Positions 8,973-19,002 of a stretch of 64,000 nt of DNA are shown here, in pieces (the stretch's first letter is position 1; every line of letters starts with the position of its first letter). The notes below the pieces were generated by a model, which saw nothing but the letters and a program-made list of their open reading frames with translations, was not told the origin of the DNA and searched no databases. The translations under genes were made by a program, and so were the position numbers. The DNA comes from Acidobacteriota bacterium. Lineage in GTDB: Bacteria; Acidobacteriota; UBA890; WLXD01. Where the stretch lies: positions 96,001 through 160,000 of the forward strand of contig CAXWPL010000001.1 of NCBI GenBank assembly GCA_963666215.2, written 5' to 3'.

Positions 8973-10217
8973 GTGCGCCTCGCAGTTGTTGTCCAACGCT
9001 ACGGACTCGAAATCTCGGGGGGAGCCGAGCTGCACGCGCGCCTGGTAGCCGAGCGGTTGTCGTCACGGCATGCCGTGACGATCCTGACGACCTGCGCGCG
9101 CGACTATGTGACCTGGGCCAACGAGTATTCACCGGGAGTCAGTTCGGTGAACGGCTTGCCCGTCTACCGCTTTCCCGTACGGCGGCCACGCGATCCCGAG
9201 AAGTTCGGCCGACTACAGCAGCGCGTCTTTGATCACCCGCACGGCGACGCGGAGGCCCGGGCCTGGCTCGATGCCCAGGGTCCCTATGCGCCGCGGATGA
9301 TCGGCTGGATCCGGGCGCATCGCGAGCACTACAACTTCTTCATCTGTTTTTCGTACCGCTACTGGACAACAGCCGAAGCGATGCGAGCCGTCCCCGGGCA
9401 GGCGATCCTCGTACCGACCGCCGAGCGCGACCCGGCGATCGCAGTGCCTCTGTACCGAGCCGGGTTCCGGGACGCCCGCGCAATCGTCTACAACTCGCAC
9501 GAGGAGCGTGCGATGATCGCCGTGCAGGCGCACAACGAGGACGTACCCGGCGATGTCGTGGGGGTGGGAATCGTCGACCCACCAGCTTCGCACTCGCCGC
9601 CTGGAGTGGAGGCGAGCACTCACGGGAACGCCCCGAGCTCAGCAGCAACGTCAAGATTCCGAGCCCGGCGGCAAATCGAAGCCCCGTTCATCCTCTACAT
9701 CGGCCGCATCGACGAAAACAAAGGCTGTGCACAGCTCTTCCGTTTCTACGAGGCCGCCCACGACCGTCTGGTTGCCTCCGGCCAGGTGCCGCCGCACCTT
9801 GTGCTGGCCGGCAGCGCTATCATGCCGATTCCCGATCACCCGTCGATTCACCACCTCGGCCGTGTCGACGAGGAGGAGAAATATGACGCCCTGGCGGCAG
9901 CGGACGCGCTCGTAATGCCCTCTTTCTTCGAGAGCCTGTCGATGGTGCTCCTCGAAGCCTGGGCGCTCGGCCGTCCTGTGCTGGTTAACGGCCACTGCGA
10001 TGTGCTCGAGGGCCAGGTGAGACGCAGCAACGGTGGCCTGTACTACCGCGACGCAGACCAGTTCTCGGAATGCCTGCAACTTCTTTCAACGGACCAACGA
10101 CTGCGCAAGCGCCTGGGCGAAGGCGGTCGCGACTACTACATGTCGAACTACACCTGGCCTGTGATCGAGCAGAAGTACGAGCGGCTTCTCGGCAAACTAG
10201 CTGTGAGTTCTAGGTAG
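8973..10217 (+). CDS. GT4 glycosyltransferase; last codons replaced by IS481
   Basis: VVQRYGLEISGGAE, LYIGRIDENKG, ESLSMVLLEAW (EX7E). Confidence 0.92.
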   Translation: MRLAVVVQRYGLEISGGAELHARLVAERLSSRHAVTILTTCARDYVTWANEYSPGVSSVNGLPVYRFPVRRPRDPEKFGRLQQRVFDHPHGDAEARAWLDAQGPYAPRMIGWIRAHREHYNFFICFSYRYWTTAEAMRAVPGQAILVPTAERDPAIAVPLYRAGFRDARAIVYNSHEERAMIAVQAHNEDVPGDVVGVGIVDPPASHSPPGVEASTHGNAPSSAATSRFRARRQIEAPFILYIGRIDENKGCAQLFRFYEAAHDRLVASGQVPPHLVLAGSAIMPIPDHPSIHHLGRVDEEEKYDALAAADALVMPSFFESLSMVLLEAWALGRPVLVNGHCDVLEGQVRRSNGGLYYRDADQFSECLQLLSTDQRLRKRLGEGGRDYYMSNYTWPVIEQKYERLLGKLAVSSR

Positions 10218-11244
10218 GTTGTTCACGAACTCACCCCTGAGAGCCGAGCGATCGGCGGTGTCATGCCGATGCCGGCGTGGGGACGGTGACGATTGTAGTG
10301 GTTGAGCCAGGGCCGTAGAGCTCGAGTACGTCGAGCTGAGGTCTGGTAGCAGGTGCCGTAGGCCCACTGCTCCTTGAGTGTGCGGATGAAGCGTTCGGCT
10401 TTGCCGTTGGTTCTGGGGGTGTAGGGCCGGGTGTAAATGTGCCGGATCTCGAGTTGATGGCATAGGCGATTGAAGCGCTTCGAGACGTAGCCAGGCCCGT
10501 TGTCTGTCATCACTCGGCGCACCGCTACTCCCATCGAAGCGAAGTGCTCGACGGCTCGCTGCAGGAACGCTGTGCAGGTGTGTTGGTCTTCGGCGGGCAG
10601 CACTTCGACGTACGCCACCCGAGAGTGATCGTCGATAGCGACGTGGGCGTTCTCCCAGCCGACGCCGTAGGCCCGCTTGGAGCGGTCGCCGTGGATGCGG
10701 TGTCCAGGTCGGCGGATACGGGCCAGTTTCTTCGTATCCAGGTGCAGTAGGTCACCGGGGTGCTCGTACTCGTAGCGAACGATCTCGGGCTTGGGCTCGA
10801 GCGCATCAAGCTTGGCGAGTCCGAGCCGCTTCAGCCACGCCGAGACGGTCGAGCGCGGCACAGCCAACCTTCGGCTGATCTGCCAGGCCGTCAGTCGCCG
10901 CCGACGTAGCTTGTCGATCTGCCTCACAACTCCAGCGCTTGTTGCGTGCGGACAGCACGTCGGCCGGCTTGATCGATCGAGCAGCCCGGCCTCACCTTCT
11001 CGCTCGTATCTATCCAGCCACTTGTAAACCGTTCGAGCCGACACGCCGAGCGCCGCCGCCGTTTCCGTCACGGGCTCCGCCCGCTCCCGGACTCGGCGGA
11101 CCATCTCTCGGCGTATATACGGCATCGTGCGGGCGTTACCATGCAGCTGCATCGGGCGCTCCTTCTGAGGTCGTGGAGTCTTTTGAACAACCCCATTGAT
11201 CTCAGAAGTGAGCCCCGATGTGAACAACCTACTTAGAAAACACA
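10202..11244 (-). mobile_element. IS481-family element, copy 1
   Basis: TGT...ACA ends; 25-bp IRs TGTG(TT/AG)TTCTA(A/G)GTAGGTTGTTCAC; 6-bp TSD ACTAGC at 10196-10201 and 11245-11250. Confidence 0.96.
10223..11152 (-). CDS. IS481 transposase
   Basis: MQLHGNAR start, HTH, rve core LLHLDTKKL / VMTDNG / NGKAERFIRT. Confidence 0.95.
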   Translation of the reverse strand: MQLHGNARTMPYIRREMVRRVRERAEPVTETAAALGVSARTVYKWLDRYEREGEAGLLDRSSRPTCCPHATSAGVVRQIDKLRRRRLTAWQISRRLAVPRSTVSAWLKRLGLAKLDALEPKPEIVRYEYEHPGDLLHLDTKKLARIRRPGHRIHGDRSKRAYGVGWENAHVAIDDHSRVAYVEVLPAEDQHTCTAFLQRAVEHFASMGVAVRRVMTDNGPGYVSKRFNRLCHQLEIRHIYTRPYTPRTNGKAERFIRTLKEQWAYGTCYQTSARRTRALRPWLNHYNRHRPHAGIGMTPPIARLSGVSS

Positions 11245-11300
11245 ACTAGCGGCCGGTGACGACCGTCGCTTGCCACGACGAATCTGACGGATCAACTTCG

Positions 11301-12374
11301 ATGCAACGACCCATCCATCAGCTCTCGGTGTCGGCAGGGTACGGCGACGCCATTGGCAACGAAGCGCTGCAGCTTCGCCGGGCCCTGCGCGACGCCGGGC
11401 ACCCGTCGGATATCTTCGTGGAGCTGGTCGACCCGCGCATGGCTGGCGTTGTGCGTCCGTATCAAGAGTATCGCGAGGTCAGCTCGCCCGACAATGTCGT
11501 GCTGCTGCACTACTCACTCGGCTCGCGTGTTTCGGAGCTCGCTCGCGAGATCCCCGACCACCTGGCGTTGATCTACCACAACGTCACACCCGCGAAGTGG
11601 TTCGCTCCCTACAACCTCGGCCTGGCGCGTAATTGCCTCCGCGGCAGGGTTGAGCTGGCGGGCCTGGCAGCCCGTACCGAGCTCGCGATGGGCGACTCCG
11701 AGTACAACCGACTGGAGCTCGCCGAGCTCGGCTTTCGTCGCACGGGAGTTCTGCCGCTCCTCCTCGACCTGTCCGCACTCGACGGCGAGCCCGACTCGGT
11801 GGTCATGCGACGCTTCGATGACGACCGCCCAACGTGGTTGTTTGTAGGACGCGTCGTCCCCAACAAGCGGTTCGAGGACATCCTCCGGACCTTCGCCTAT
11901 TTCCAGCGCTACATCGACCATACCGCGCGTTTGGTTATCGTCGGCGAGTACCGCACGTTCGCGCCCTACTACGACGCGCTGCAGCACCTCGTGGGGCGCC
12001 TCGGCCTTGACGAGGTGCATTTTGTCGGGCACGTCACGCCTGCGGAGCTCAACTCCTACTATCGTTTGGCTGACGCCTTCGTGTGCATGTCGGAGCATGA
12101 AGGCTTCTGTGTGCCGCTTTTCGAGGCGATCCACCGCGACCTGCCCGTCGTCGCGTTCGCCGCCGCCGCCATCCCCTACTCCACCGGCGAAGGCGTGCTG
12201 CTGGTCTCCGACAAGAACCCGGCCTACGTGGCGGAGTTGGTTGGTTACGTGCTGTCGGACGATGGACTACGCAGGCGCCTGATCGCCCGCCAGCGCGCGG
12301 CCCTCGAGCTCGTCGACCGTGACCTGGTAATCGAATCGCTGATGCGGCAACTGGGCGAGGCGGGGCTGGTTTGA
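11301..12374 (+). CDS. GT4 glycosyltransferase
   Basis: GDAIGNEA, YHNVTP, FVGRVVPNKRFED, SEHEGFCVPLFEA. Confidence 0.92.
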   Translation: MQRPIHQLSVSAGYGDAIGNEALQLRRALRDAGHPSDIFVELVDPRMAGVVRPYQEYREVSSPDNVVLLHYSLGSRVSELAREIPDHLALIYHNVTPAKWFAPYNLGLARNCLRGRVELAGLAARTELAMGDSEYNRLELAELGFRRTGVLPLLLDLSALDGEPDSVVMRRFDDDRPTWLFVGRVVPNKRFEDILRTFAYFQRYIDHTARLVIVGEYRTFAPYYDALQHLVGRLGLDEVHFVGHVTPAELNSYYRLADAFVCMSEHEGFCVPLFEAIHRDLPVVAFAAAAIPYSTGEGVLLVSDKNPAYVAELVGYVLSDDGLRRRLIARQRAALELVDRDLVIESLMRQLGEAGLV

Positions 12375-12393
12375 GGGCTGGGGGCGCGCAGCC

Positions 12394-13611
12394 GTGAGCA
12401 CGGCTCACGGGTCCGCGGCGCCTGAGGCCGATTCGTCACCTTCAAGCGCCGGATCGAGGTCTCGAGGGCGAGCCCGCGCCCGGCCTCGGGTGGACCAGTT
12501 GCTGCCTGCCGCCCATGCCGGCGACGCCACCGGTGGCGCCGCTCTGCATCTGGCGTCGGCCCTCGAGGAGGCCGGTTACGAGGCGGGCCTGTACGCGCTC
12601 ACCGTGGACTCCGGGATGAGAGATCGAGTTCGCCCGTTTGCCGATTTTGCACCACCGAGCGCGGACGACACCACGTTGCTCCATTTCGCTTTGCCCTCGC
12701 GGCTCTCGCGCGTCCTCACCGAGTGCGCCGGGCGGCGGATCGTCGTGTATCACAACCTGACGCCGCCGGAGCTGCTCCTGCCGCATAGCCCGGAGGTTGC
12801 TCGGCTCGCGGCAATCGGCCGCAGCGAGCTCGAAGAGCTAGCCAGCAGCGGCACCGTCGATCTGGCGATCGGAGTCTCTGAGTTCAACACCGCCGACCTG
12901 CGACGCGTTGGTTTCCGCACCACAGCAACCCTGCCGCTGCCGATGGACATGAGCGGCTACGACCAGTCGCCCGACCTGCTGCGAGCGGCCGAGCTTGCCC
13001 GAGGTCCAGCTCCTTTCATCACGGTCGGCAGGATTGCACCCAACAAGCGCCTCGAGGATTTCCTGCGGACCGCGGCGTACTATCTGCGCTACATCGAGCC
13101 CAACGCACACTTCCTGGTTGTTGGGGGCAGCAGAGGCATGGAAGGTTATCTCGACGCGCTTCTGGCGCTGGGTGAACGACTGGGCCTCGACGATCGGGTG
13201 CGCTTCCTGGGTCGCGTCGAGCACCGTGAGCTCATCGCCGTCTATCGTGCCGCGGCAGCCTACCTTTGCACGAGCGTGCATGAAGGCTTCTGCGCGCCGC
13301 TCCTGGAGGCAATGCACTTCGGCGTGCCGATCTTGGCGCGGAATGCCGCCGCGGTGCCCGAGACTCTGGGCGGCGCCGGCATCACGTTCGACGGGGCTCA
13401 GAGCGACGTGGCCAGCTCGGGCGACCCCGCCTCGATCGCCGAAACACTGCACGCCCTCGCCACCGACGATCAGCTGCGCGCCCACCTGCAGGCCCGCGGT
13501 CGGCAGCGCGTCGCCCGCTTCGCACCGCAACAGGTCGCCAGCGAATGGCTCGAGGGGCTCGGCCTCGGGCGACTTGGCGCAGGATCGGGTCTCGGAGCCT
13601 CTGCGGAATGA
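12394..13611 (+). CDS. GT4 glycosyltransferase (paralog of 11301-12374)
   Basis: YHNLTP, VGRIAPNKRLED, HEGFCAPLLEAM. Confidence 0.9.
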   Translation: MSTAHGSAAPEADSSPSSAGSRSRGRARARPRVDQLLPAAHAGDATGGAALHLASALEEAGYEAGLYALTVDSGMRDRVRPFADFAPPSADDTTLLHFALPSRLSRVLTECAGRRIVVYHNLTPPELLLPHSPEVARLAAIGRSELEELASSGTVDLAIGVSEFNTADLRRVGFRTTATLPLPMDMSGYDQSPDLLRAAELARGPAPFITVGRIAPNKRLEDFLRTAAYYLRYIEPNAHFLVVGGSRGMEGYLDALLALGERLGLDDRVRFLGRVEHRELIAVYRAAAAYLCTSVHEGFCAPLLEAMHFGVPILARNAAAVPETLGGAGITFDGAQSDVASSGDPASIAETLHALATDDQLRAHLQARGRQRVARFAPQQVASEWLEGLGLGRLGAGSGLGASAE

Positions 13612-14831
13612 AGCTCACCCTCGTTGTGCAGCGCTACGGACTCGACGTTGTCGGAGGCGCCGAGCGGCTGTGTCGAGGCGTCGCCGAAGGACTCTCTTCA
13701 GCCCACGATGTCGAGGTGCTGACCACCTGCGCGCGCTCCTACATCACCTGGGCCAACCACTACGAACCCGGCGTGGAAAGCGTCAACGGTGTGCGTGTGC
13801 GGCGATTCCCGACGCAGCGCGAGCGAGACATCATCAGCTTCAACAAGCTATCGGAGCGACTCTTTGCTCCTCCGGAGGCCGGCCGGGCGAAACGAACTCC
13901 TGAACAAGAAGAAGACTGGATCGAGCAGCAGGGTCCGTACAGCCCCGCTCTTGTCGAGCATCTCGGCAATCTCGAGTCCATGGGGAAAGCGCCGCCCCAC
14001 GACCATCTTCTGTTCTTCACCTACCTCTACCATCCAACCGTACACGGCCTGCGGGTTGCCCCCGAGCGCTCGATTCTCGTTCCGGCCGCACACGACGAAG
14101 CCCCGATCTACATCGACGCCTACGAATCGGTTTTCCGCACGCCGCGCGGCCTGGTATTCAACACTCGGGCCGAAGAGCGCCTGGTTCGGCAGCGGTTTCC
14201 CGGCTTGACCTCGGCAACCACGGTAGCGGGCGTGGGCATCGATGGGCTCGACCGACTGAACGCTGCCGCCCTCGATACGGCGGCGGCGGCATCAACCGAC
14301 CCCACGACGGCGCCAGCCGCGCAGTTTCTTCTCTACGCCGGCCGCATCGAGCCAGGCAAGGGCGTCGTGGAGCTCCTCGAGTACCTGGCGCGCTTTCGCG
14401 ACCACTCGCGTCTGCAACCCATCCTGTGGCTCATGGGCGAGCAGACGATGGACCTTCCCAACGATGACTGGATCGTCCCGCTCGGCTTCGTCAGCGAACA
14501 AGAAAAGGCAGAACGCCTCGCACAGGCCACGCTGCTCGTTTTCCCCTCGGCTCTTGAAAGCTTCGGCATCGTCCCGCTCGAAGCCATGGCCGCACGAACC
14601 CCCGTGCTCGTCAATGCAGCCAGCGAAGCCGCCGTTGAGCACTGTACGAGCGCCAATGCCGGGCTCTACTATCGAGACTACGACGAGTTCGCCGCTGCTC
14701 TCACGCTGCTGCTCAGCGACCCCCAGCTCCGCAACTCGCTGGCAGACAACGGCTCCCGCTACGTCGAGCAGAACTTCGCCTGGCCCGCCGTAGCAGCCCG
14801 CTACGAGCGCTTCCTCACCACGCTCACCTAG
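13608..14831 (+). CDS. GT4 glycosyltransferase (paralog of 8973-10217)
   Basis: ATGA overlap with the upstream gene; VVQRYGLDVVGGAE, LTTCARSYITWANHY, ESFGIVPLEAM. Confidence 0.92.
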   Translation: MKLTLVVQRYGLDVVGGAERLCRGVAEGLSSAHDVEVLTTCARSYITWANHYEPGVESVNGVRVRRFPTQRERDIISFNKLSERLFAPPEAGRAKRTPEQEEDWIEQQGPYSPALVEHLGNLESMGKAPPHDHLLFFTYLYHPTVHGLRVAPERSILVPAAHDEAPIYIDAYESVFRTPRGLVFNTRAEERLVRQRFPGLTSATTVAGVGIDGLDRLNAAALDTAAAASTDPTTAPAAQFLLYAGRIEPGKGVVELLEYLARFRDHSRLQPILWLMGEQTMDLPNDDWIVPLGFVSEQEKAERLAQATLLVFPSALESFGIVPLEAMAARTPVLVNAASEAAVEHCTSANAGLYYRDYDEFAAALTLLLSDPQLRNSLADNGSRYVEQNFAWPAVAARYERFLTTLT

Positions 14832-14864
14832 CCGCAGCCCTCAGACGCGGATGACGTCCTGGAC

Positions 14865-14971
14865 CTAGGAGGCGTGGCAGTGCGTCAGCTGCAAGGCACG
14901 ACGACGCAGGCGGCCTTGTCGGCCGTCAAGGAGGAGTAACGCCGCAGATGATGCGCTGACGCGCCTCCTAG
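14865..14971. mobile_element. MITE-like element (99 bp) flanked by CTAG
   Basis: CTAG at 14865-14868 and 14968-14971; 28-bp imperfect IR (14865-14892 vs 14944-14971, 5 mismatches); no ORF. Confidence 0.65.
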
Positions 14972-14977
14972 CCTAGG

Positions 14978-16020
14978 TGTGTTTTCTAAGTAGGTTGTTC
15001 ACATCGGGGCTCACTTCTGAGATCAATGGGGTTGTTCAAAAGACTCCACGACCTCAGAAGGAGCGCCCGATGCAGCTGCATGGTAACGCCCGCACGACGC
15101 CGTATATACGCCGAGAGATGGTCCGCCGAGTCCGGGAGCGGGCGGAGCCCGTGACGGAAACGGCGGCGGCGCTCGGCGTGTCGGCTCGAACGGTTTACAA
15201 GTGGCTGGATAGATACGAGCGAGAAGGTGAGGCCGGGCTGCTCGATCGATCAAGCCGGCCGACGTGCTGTCCGCACGCAACAAGCGCTGGAGTTGTGAGG
15301 CAGATCGACAAGCTACGTCGGCGGCGACTGACGGCCTGGCAGATCAGCCGAAGGTTGGCTGTGCCGCGCTCGACCGTCTCGGCGTGGCTGAAGCGGCTCG
15401 GACTCGCCAAGCTTGATGCGCTCGAGCCCAAGCCCGAGATCGTTCGCTACGAGTACGAGCACCCCGGTGACCTACTGCACCTGGATACGAAGAAACTGGC
15501 CCGTATCCGGCGACCTGGACACCGCATCCACGGCGACCGCTCCAAGCGGGCCTACGGCGTCGGCTGGGAGAACGCCCACGTCGCTATCGACGATCACTCT
15601 CGGGTGGCGTACGTCGAAGTGCTGCCCGCCGAAGACCAACACACCTGCACAGCGTTCCTGCAGCGAGCCGTCGAGCACTTCGCTTCGATGGGAGTAGCGG
15701 TGCGCCGAGTGATGACAGACAACGGGCCTGGCTACGTCTCGAAGCGCTTCAATCGCCTATGCCATCAACTCGAGATCCGGCACATTTACACCCGGCCCTA
15801 CACCCCCAGAACCAACGGCAAAGCCGAACGCTTCATCCGCACACTCAAGGAGCAGTGGGCCTACGGCACCTGCTACCAGACCTCAGCTCGACGTACTCGA
15901 GCTCTACGGCCCTGGCTCAACCACTACAATCGTCACCGTCCCCACGCCGGCATCGGCATGACACCGCCGATCGCTCGGCTCTCAGGGGTGAGTTCGTGAA
16001 CAACCTACCTAGAACTCACA
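14978..16020 (+). mobile_element. IS481-family element, copy 2 (inverted relative to copy 1)
   Basis: Near-identical to 10202-11244 (two substitutions noticed); flanks CCTAGG and ACTAGC do not match. Confidence 0.96.
15070..15999 (+). CDS. IS481 transposase
   Basis: Same protein as copy 1 except NARTT vs NARTM. Confidence 0.95.
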   Translation: MQLHGNARTTPYIRREMVRRVRERAEPVTETAAALGVSARTVYKWLDRYEREGEAGLLDRSSRPTCCPHATSAGVVRQIDKLRRRRLTAWQISRRLAVPRSTVSAWLKRLGLAKLDALEPKPEIVRYEYEHPGDLLHLDTKKLARIRRPGHRIHGDRSKRAYGVGWENAHVAIDDHSRVAYVEVLPAEDQHTCTAFLQRAVEHFASMGVAVRRVMTDNGPGYVSKRFNRLCHQLEIRHIYTRPYTPRTNGKAERFIRTLKEQWAYGTCYQTSARRTRALRPWLNHYNRHRPHAGIGMTPPIARLSGVSS

Positions 16021-16021
16021 A

Positions 16022-17146
16022 CTAGCCGGCCTCTTTGGCTCGGCGTATCCGTTCCTTGACTCGATCGATCGCCTCGGTGGTCTTCGTCCCTGGAGCGATT
16101 GCCGCAGAGTCCTCGAAAGCTCTCAGGGCGTCCTCGAAGCTCTGCTGGCGCTCGTAGACGAACCCGACGTCATACAAGCATTCGCCGCGTGTCTGAGTGC
16201 CGCCAGCCAAGTACCTGAGCGCGTTGTTGAACGACTCGATGGCCTTGCCATCGCTGCCCGACGCCATGTGCGCCTTGCCGAGGTTGTAATGAACCGTGCC
16301 GTCGGTGCTACGCGCGGAGGCAACCTGACTGAGTGCACGCACTGCGTCTTCGTAGCGCTTGGCGCTCAAGTAGGCCCGACCGAGCATGCCGCGGAACTGC
16401 ATGTTCTGAGCGTCTTGTCGGACGGCCTCTTCGAGGTAGCGAATCGAGCCCGTCCAATCGCGCGCATCCATCGCGAAGCGGCCCAGGTAGAAGAGCGCTG
16501 TCTTGTTGTTGCGGTCGAGCATGAGCGTCTTTTCGAAGCTGGTCTTAGCGTTGGCGTCCTGTCCCGCCTCCGCGTAGGCGCGCGCCAGCTTCTGCCACGC
16601 GTCGCCATCGTTGCCACTGGCGTCGGTGGTGGTCTTCAGGTGCTCAATCGCGCGGCGCCAGTCCTCTTTGAGGTAGTAGGCCTGGCCAAGAGTCTTGGCG
16701 ATGGCCACGCGCTGGTTCGACGGCGCGTACTTCGAGGCCTCATTCTCGGCCGCGATCGCCCGGTCATAGTCGCCGGAATTTGCCCTGCCGAGATACACCT
16801 GCGCCAGATTGTGGTTCACCTGGAAGCGCTCGCCGTCGTCAGTGACGAGCTCTTTGGCGGTCTGCAGCTCCGAGATCGCCTCGTCGAACTGACGGCGACC
16901 GCCGAGGCAAACGCCAAGCGCCAAGTGCAGCCAGCCCCAGCGCTCGTAGGCTTCTGCACCGTGGGTGAAGGCAGCTCGTGACTGAGTTACGCAGGTCGCG
17001 TAGTCCTTCTTGTTCATCGCCGCGGACGCGGCTCTCCAAGCAGCGTCGGCGGCTTCCGCGTCCTGTGCGTACGAAAGGGCCGGTGTTGCCAGTGCCAGAA
17101 GGAGAGCGGAGACGGTCGCAAATCGGAACGTCGGGCTGTTTCTCAT
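16022..17146 (-). CDS. Secreted TPR-repeat protein
   Basis: Signal peptide MRNSPTFRF...ALSYA; many TPR helices (HYNLGKAH, LYDVGFVYE). Confidence 0.85.
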   Translation of the reverse strand: MRNSPTFRFATVSALLLALATPALSYAQDAEAADAAWRAASAAMNKKDYATCVTQSRAAFTHGAEAYERWGWLHLALGVCLGGRRQFDEAISELQTAKELVTDDGERFQVNHNLAQVYLGRANSGDYDRAIAAENEASKYAPSNQRVAIAKTLGQAYYLKEDWRRAIEHLKTTTDASGNDGDAWQKLARAYAEAGQDANAKTSFEKTLMLDRNNKTALFYLGRFAMDARDWTGSIRYLEEAVRQDAQNMQFRGMLGRAYLSAKRYEDAVRALSQVASARSTDGTVHYNLGKAHMASGSDGKAIESFNNALRYLAGGTQTRGECLYDVGFVYERQQSFEDALRAFEDSAAIAPGTKTTEAIDRVKERIRRAKEAG

Positions 17147-17366
17147 GGTCTCAATGTCCCTGCCTGGTCGGAGCCAGCTCGAGCCGACGACCGATCGGAG
17201 AGTTAGGGGGAGCCGGAGATCCCGCCTCCTGGGTTGACTCCTATTGTAGCCGGGTTGGGTGGTGCGGCGCCAAGGCGCCGCATCCACCGAACCTAGGCAG
17301 TGCGCGATGCACGAGAACGAGCGGCGACCACACTCGCAAACGGAGTGAGGGCGCCATCGGGCAACG

Positions 17367-18071
17367 TTAGCCCGCCAGCTCGAACTGCACCGTAACCGTC
17401 AGAAGCACCTCGACGGGCCGGCCGTTGTAGAAGGTCGGCGTGTATTTCCACTGCTCTACCGCCGACTTCGCGGCGTCGTCCAACCCCAGCCCAAGCCCGC
17501 GCAGCACGTTCACGTCGACCACGTTGCCTTGACGGTCGATCGTTGCCTCGAGGATGACGACGCCCGTCAGGCGCGCGCGACGGGCAAGCTCGGGATAGCT
17601 CGGGTTCACTCGTTGGATCAGCGTCGGAGCCTCGATCTCGCCACCGACGTGCATCGGGCCCTGATCGATAACCGGCGGCCCGCCGGACGGTCCGGCGAAT
17701 ACGAACTCGGTGTCTGCGGTCTCGATCTCCGTCTCCACGTACTCGACATCTGCCTCGACGATCGGCTCGGGATCGTCAGGCGTGGGGTCGGGAATCGGGA
17801 CGCGCACGGTCCTCTTCTTGATGACCTTCTTCTTCGGCTGTTCCTTCGGCGGCTCCGGCGGCTTGTAGCGCTTGATGACGACCGCCTCGCGCTGCTCGGC
17901 CTCCATGGCGGAGCTCGCCATCTGCGGAAACACGGTCACGAACAGCCCGAAATGCAAGAGAAACGCCGCGATCCAGGCGACCTTGAAGGGCTTGTCGTCC
18001 TGGGTGTAGATATCGCCCGCGTAGGCCAGCGAATCCAGACTGCCGTGCTCGGTCTTTTTTTCTTCAGCCAT
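17367..18071 (-). CDS. tonB: Energy transducer TonB
   Basis: TM helix with His (FLLHFG), Pro/Lys-rich linker, TonB_C YPELARRARLTGVV...AVEQWKYTP. Confidence 0.92.
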   Translation of the reverse strand: MAEEKKTEHGSLDSLAYAGDIYTQDDKPFKVAWIAAFLLHFGLFVTVFPQMASSAMEAEQREAVVIKRYKPPEPPKEQPKKKVIKKRTVRVPIPDPTPDDPEPIVEADVEYVETEIETADTEFVFAGPSGGPPVIDQGPMHVGGEIEAPTLIQRVNPSYPELARRARLTGVVILEATIDRQGNVVDVNVLRGLGLGLDDAAKSAVEQWKYTPTFYNGRPVEVLLTVTVQFELAG

Positions 18072-18085
18072 GGGTTACGCCCCCC

Positions 18086-18520
18086 TCAGAGTATGTTGCC
18101 CCATTGGCTCTTCTCGGCCTGGGTCGGAATCGAGATGTTCTTCACCTCGGCCAGTTTGAGCTCGTCAAAAGCGTCGACCATGCAGCGATAGGGCGCGTCC
18201 GGGCTCGGATCGATAATCACGAACTTGTTCGGATTGCGCGCCAGCTTCGGCTCGATATAGATGGCGATATCGGAAAGCGCCATATCGGTCTGGTCGACCA
18301 CGAACTGACACCCCGACCCGGCCGGCAAGATGTTGATGTGGATCGCCTCTTCCGGGTTCTGATCCGGAGGCGCGTTGTCGTTCTTCGGCAGCTGGAACTC
18401 GAGTCCCCGCGTTACCGAAAAGACAGACGTCACCATGAAGAAGACGATCAGCAGGAAGGCGATGTCCGCCATCGAAGCTGTTGGGATCTCCGTCTCGCGC
18501 TTGTCCCTCTTCATCTTCAT
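18086..18520 (-). CDS. exbD: ExbD/TolR family protein
   Basis: TASMADIAFLLIVFFMVT TM with conserved Asp. Confidence 0.92.
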   Translation of the reverse strand: MKMKRDKRETEIPTASMADIAFLLIVFFMVTSVFSVTRGLEFQLPKNDNAPPDQNPEEAIHINILPAGSGCQFVVDQTDMALSDIAIYIEPKLARNPNKFVIIDPSPDAPYRCMVDAFDELKLAEVKNISIPTQAEKSQWGNIL

Positions 18521-18939
18521 CAGCCGACCTCCTCTTGCATCGTCAGCATCGCCACATTGCGAACGTTGGCCTGCCGCAGCTGCTCCATCACATGGTCGAC
18601 GAACTCGTAACGCGTGGCTCCGTCGGCCTTGATCAGGAAGAACTGCATCGGGTTCTTCTCGACGACGAACGCGGCCGAAGGCAGAACGTCAGCGACGTTC
18701 ATCACACGGCTCTGCTCCTCGCCGTTCGAGAAGTGAACGACGCCGCTTTCCTCGATGGCGATAATCGCGGCGTCCTTCGGAACCTCGACACGCTCGAGGC
18801 TCGTCGGTAAACCGACGCGCGTACGGTCAACGGTGATGTTCGTGGTGACCATGAAGAAAACGATCAACAAGAACGCGATATCGGCCATCGACGCCGTCGG
18901 CACGTACGATTCGGCTCGCTTCGGTTTTTTGAACTTCAT
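18520..18939 (-). CDS. exbD: ExbD/TolR family protein (second copy)
   Basis: TASMADIAFLLIVFFMVT; IKAD motif. Confidence 0.92.
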   Translation of the reverse strand: MKFKKPKRAESYVPTASMADIAFLLIVFFMVTTNITVDRTRVGLPTSLERVEVPKDAAIIAIEESGVVHFSNGEEQSRVMNVADVLPSAAFVVEKNPMQFFLIKADGATRYEFVDHVMEQLRQANVRNVAMLTMQEEVG

Positions 18940-19002
18940 TGCCTCACCTGCTGCTGCGGCACGCCTGCGGGAAGCCTATTGAGAGTGAATGGACCCTAGA
19001 GC

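Noticed and set aside
10202-16020. Composite transposon inserted as one unit (both outer flanks are ACTAGC)
   Set aside because: Copy 1 has its own TSD and removing it restores a natural GT C-terminus; removing the whole block would run GT 8973 about 320 codons antisense into the TPR gene
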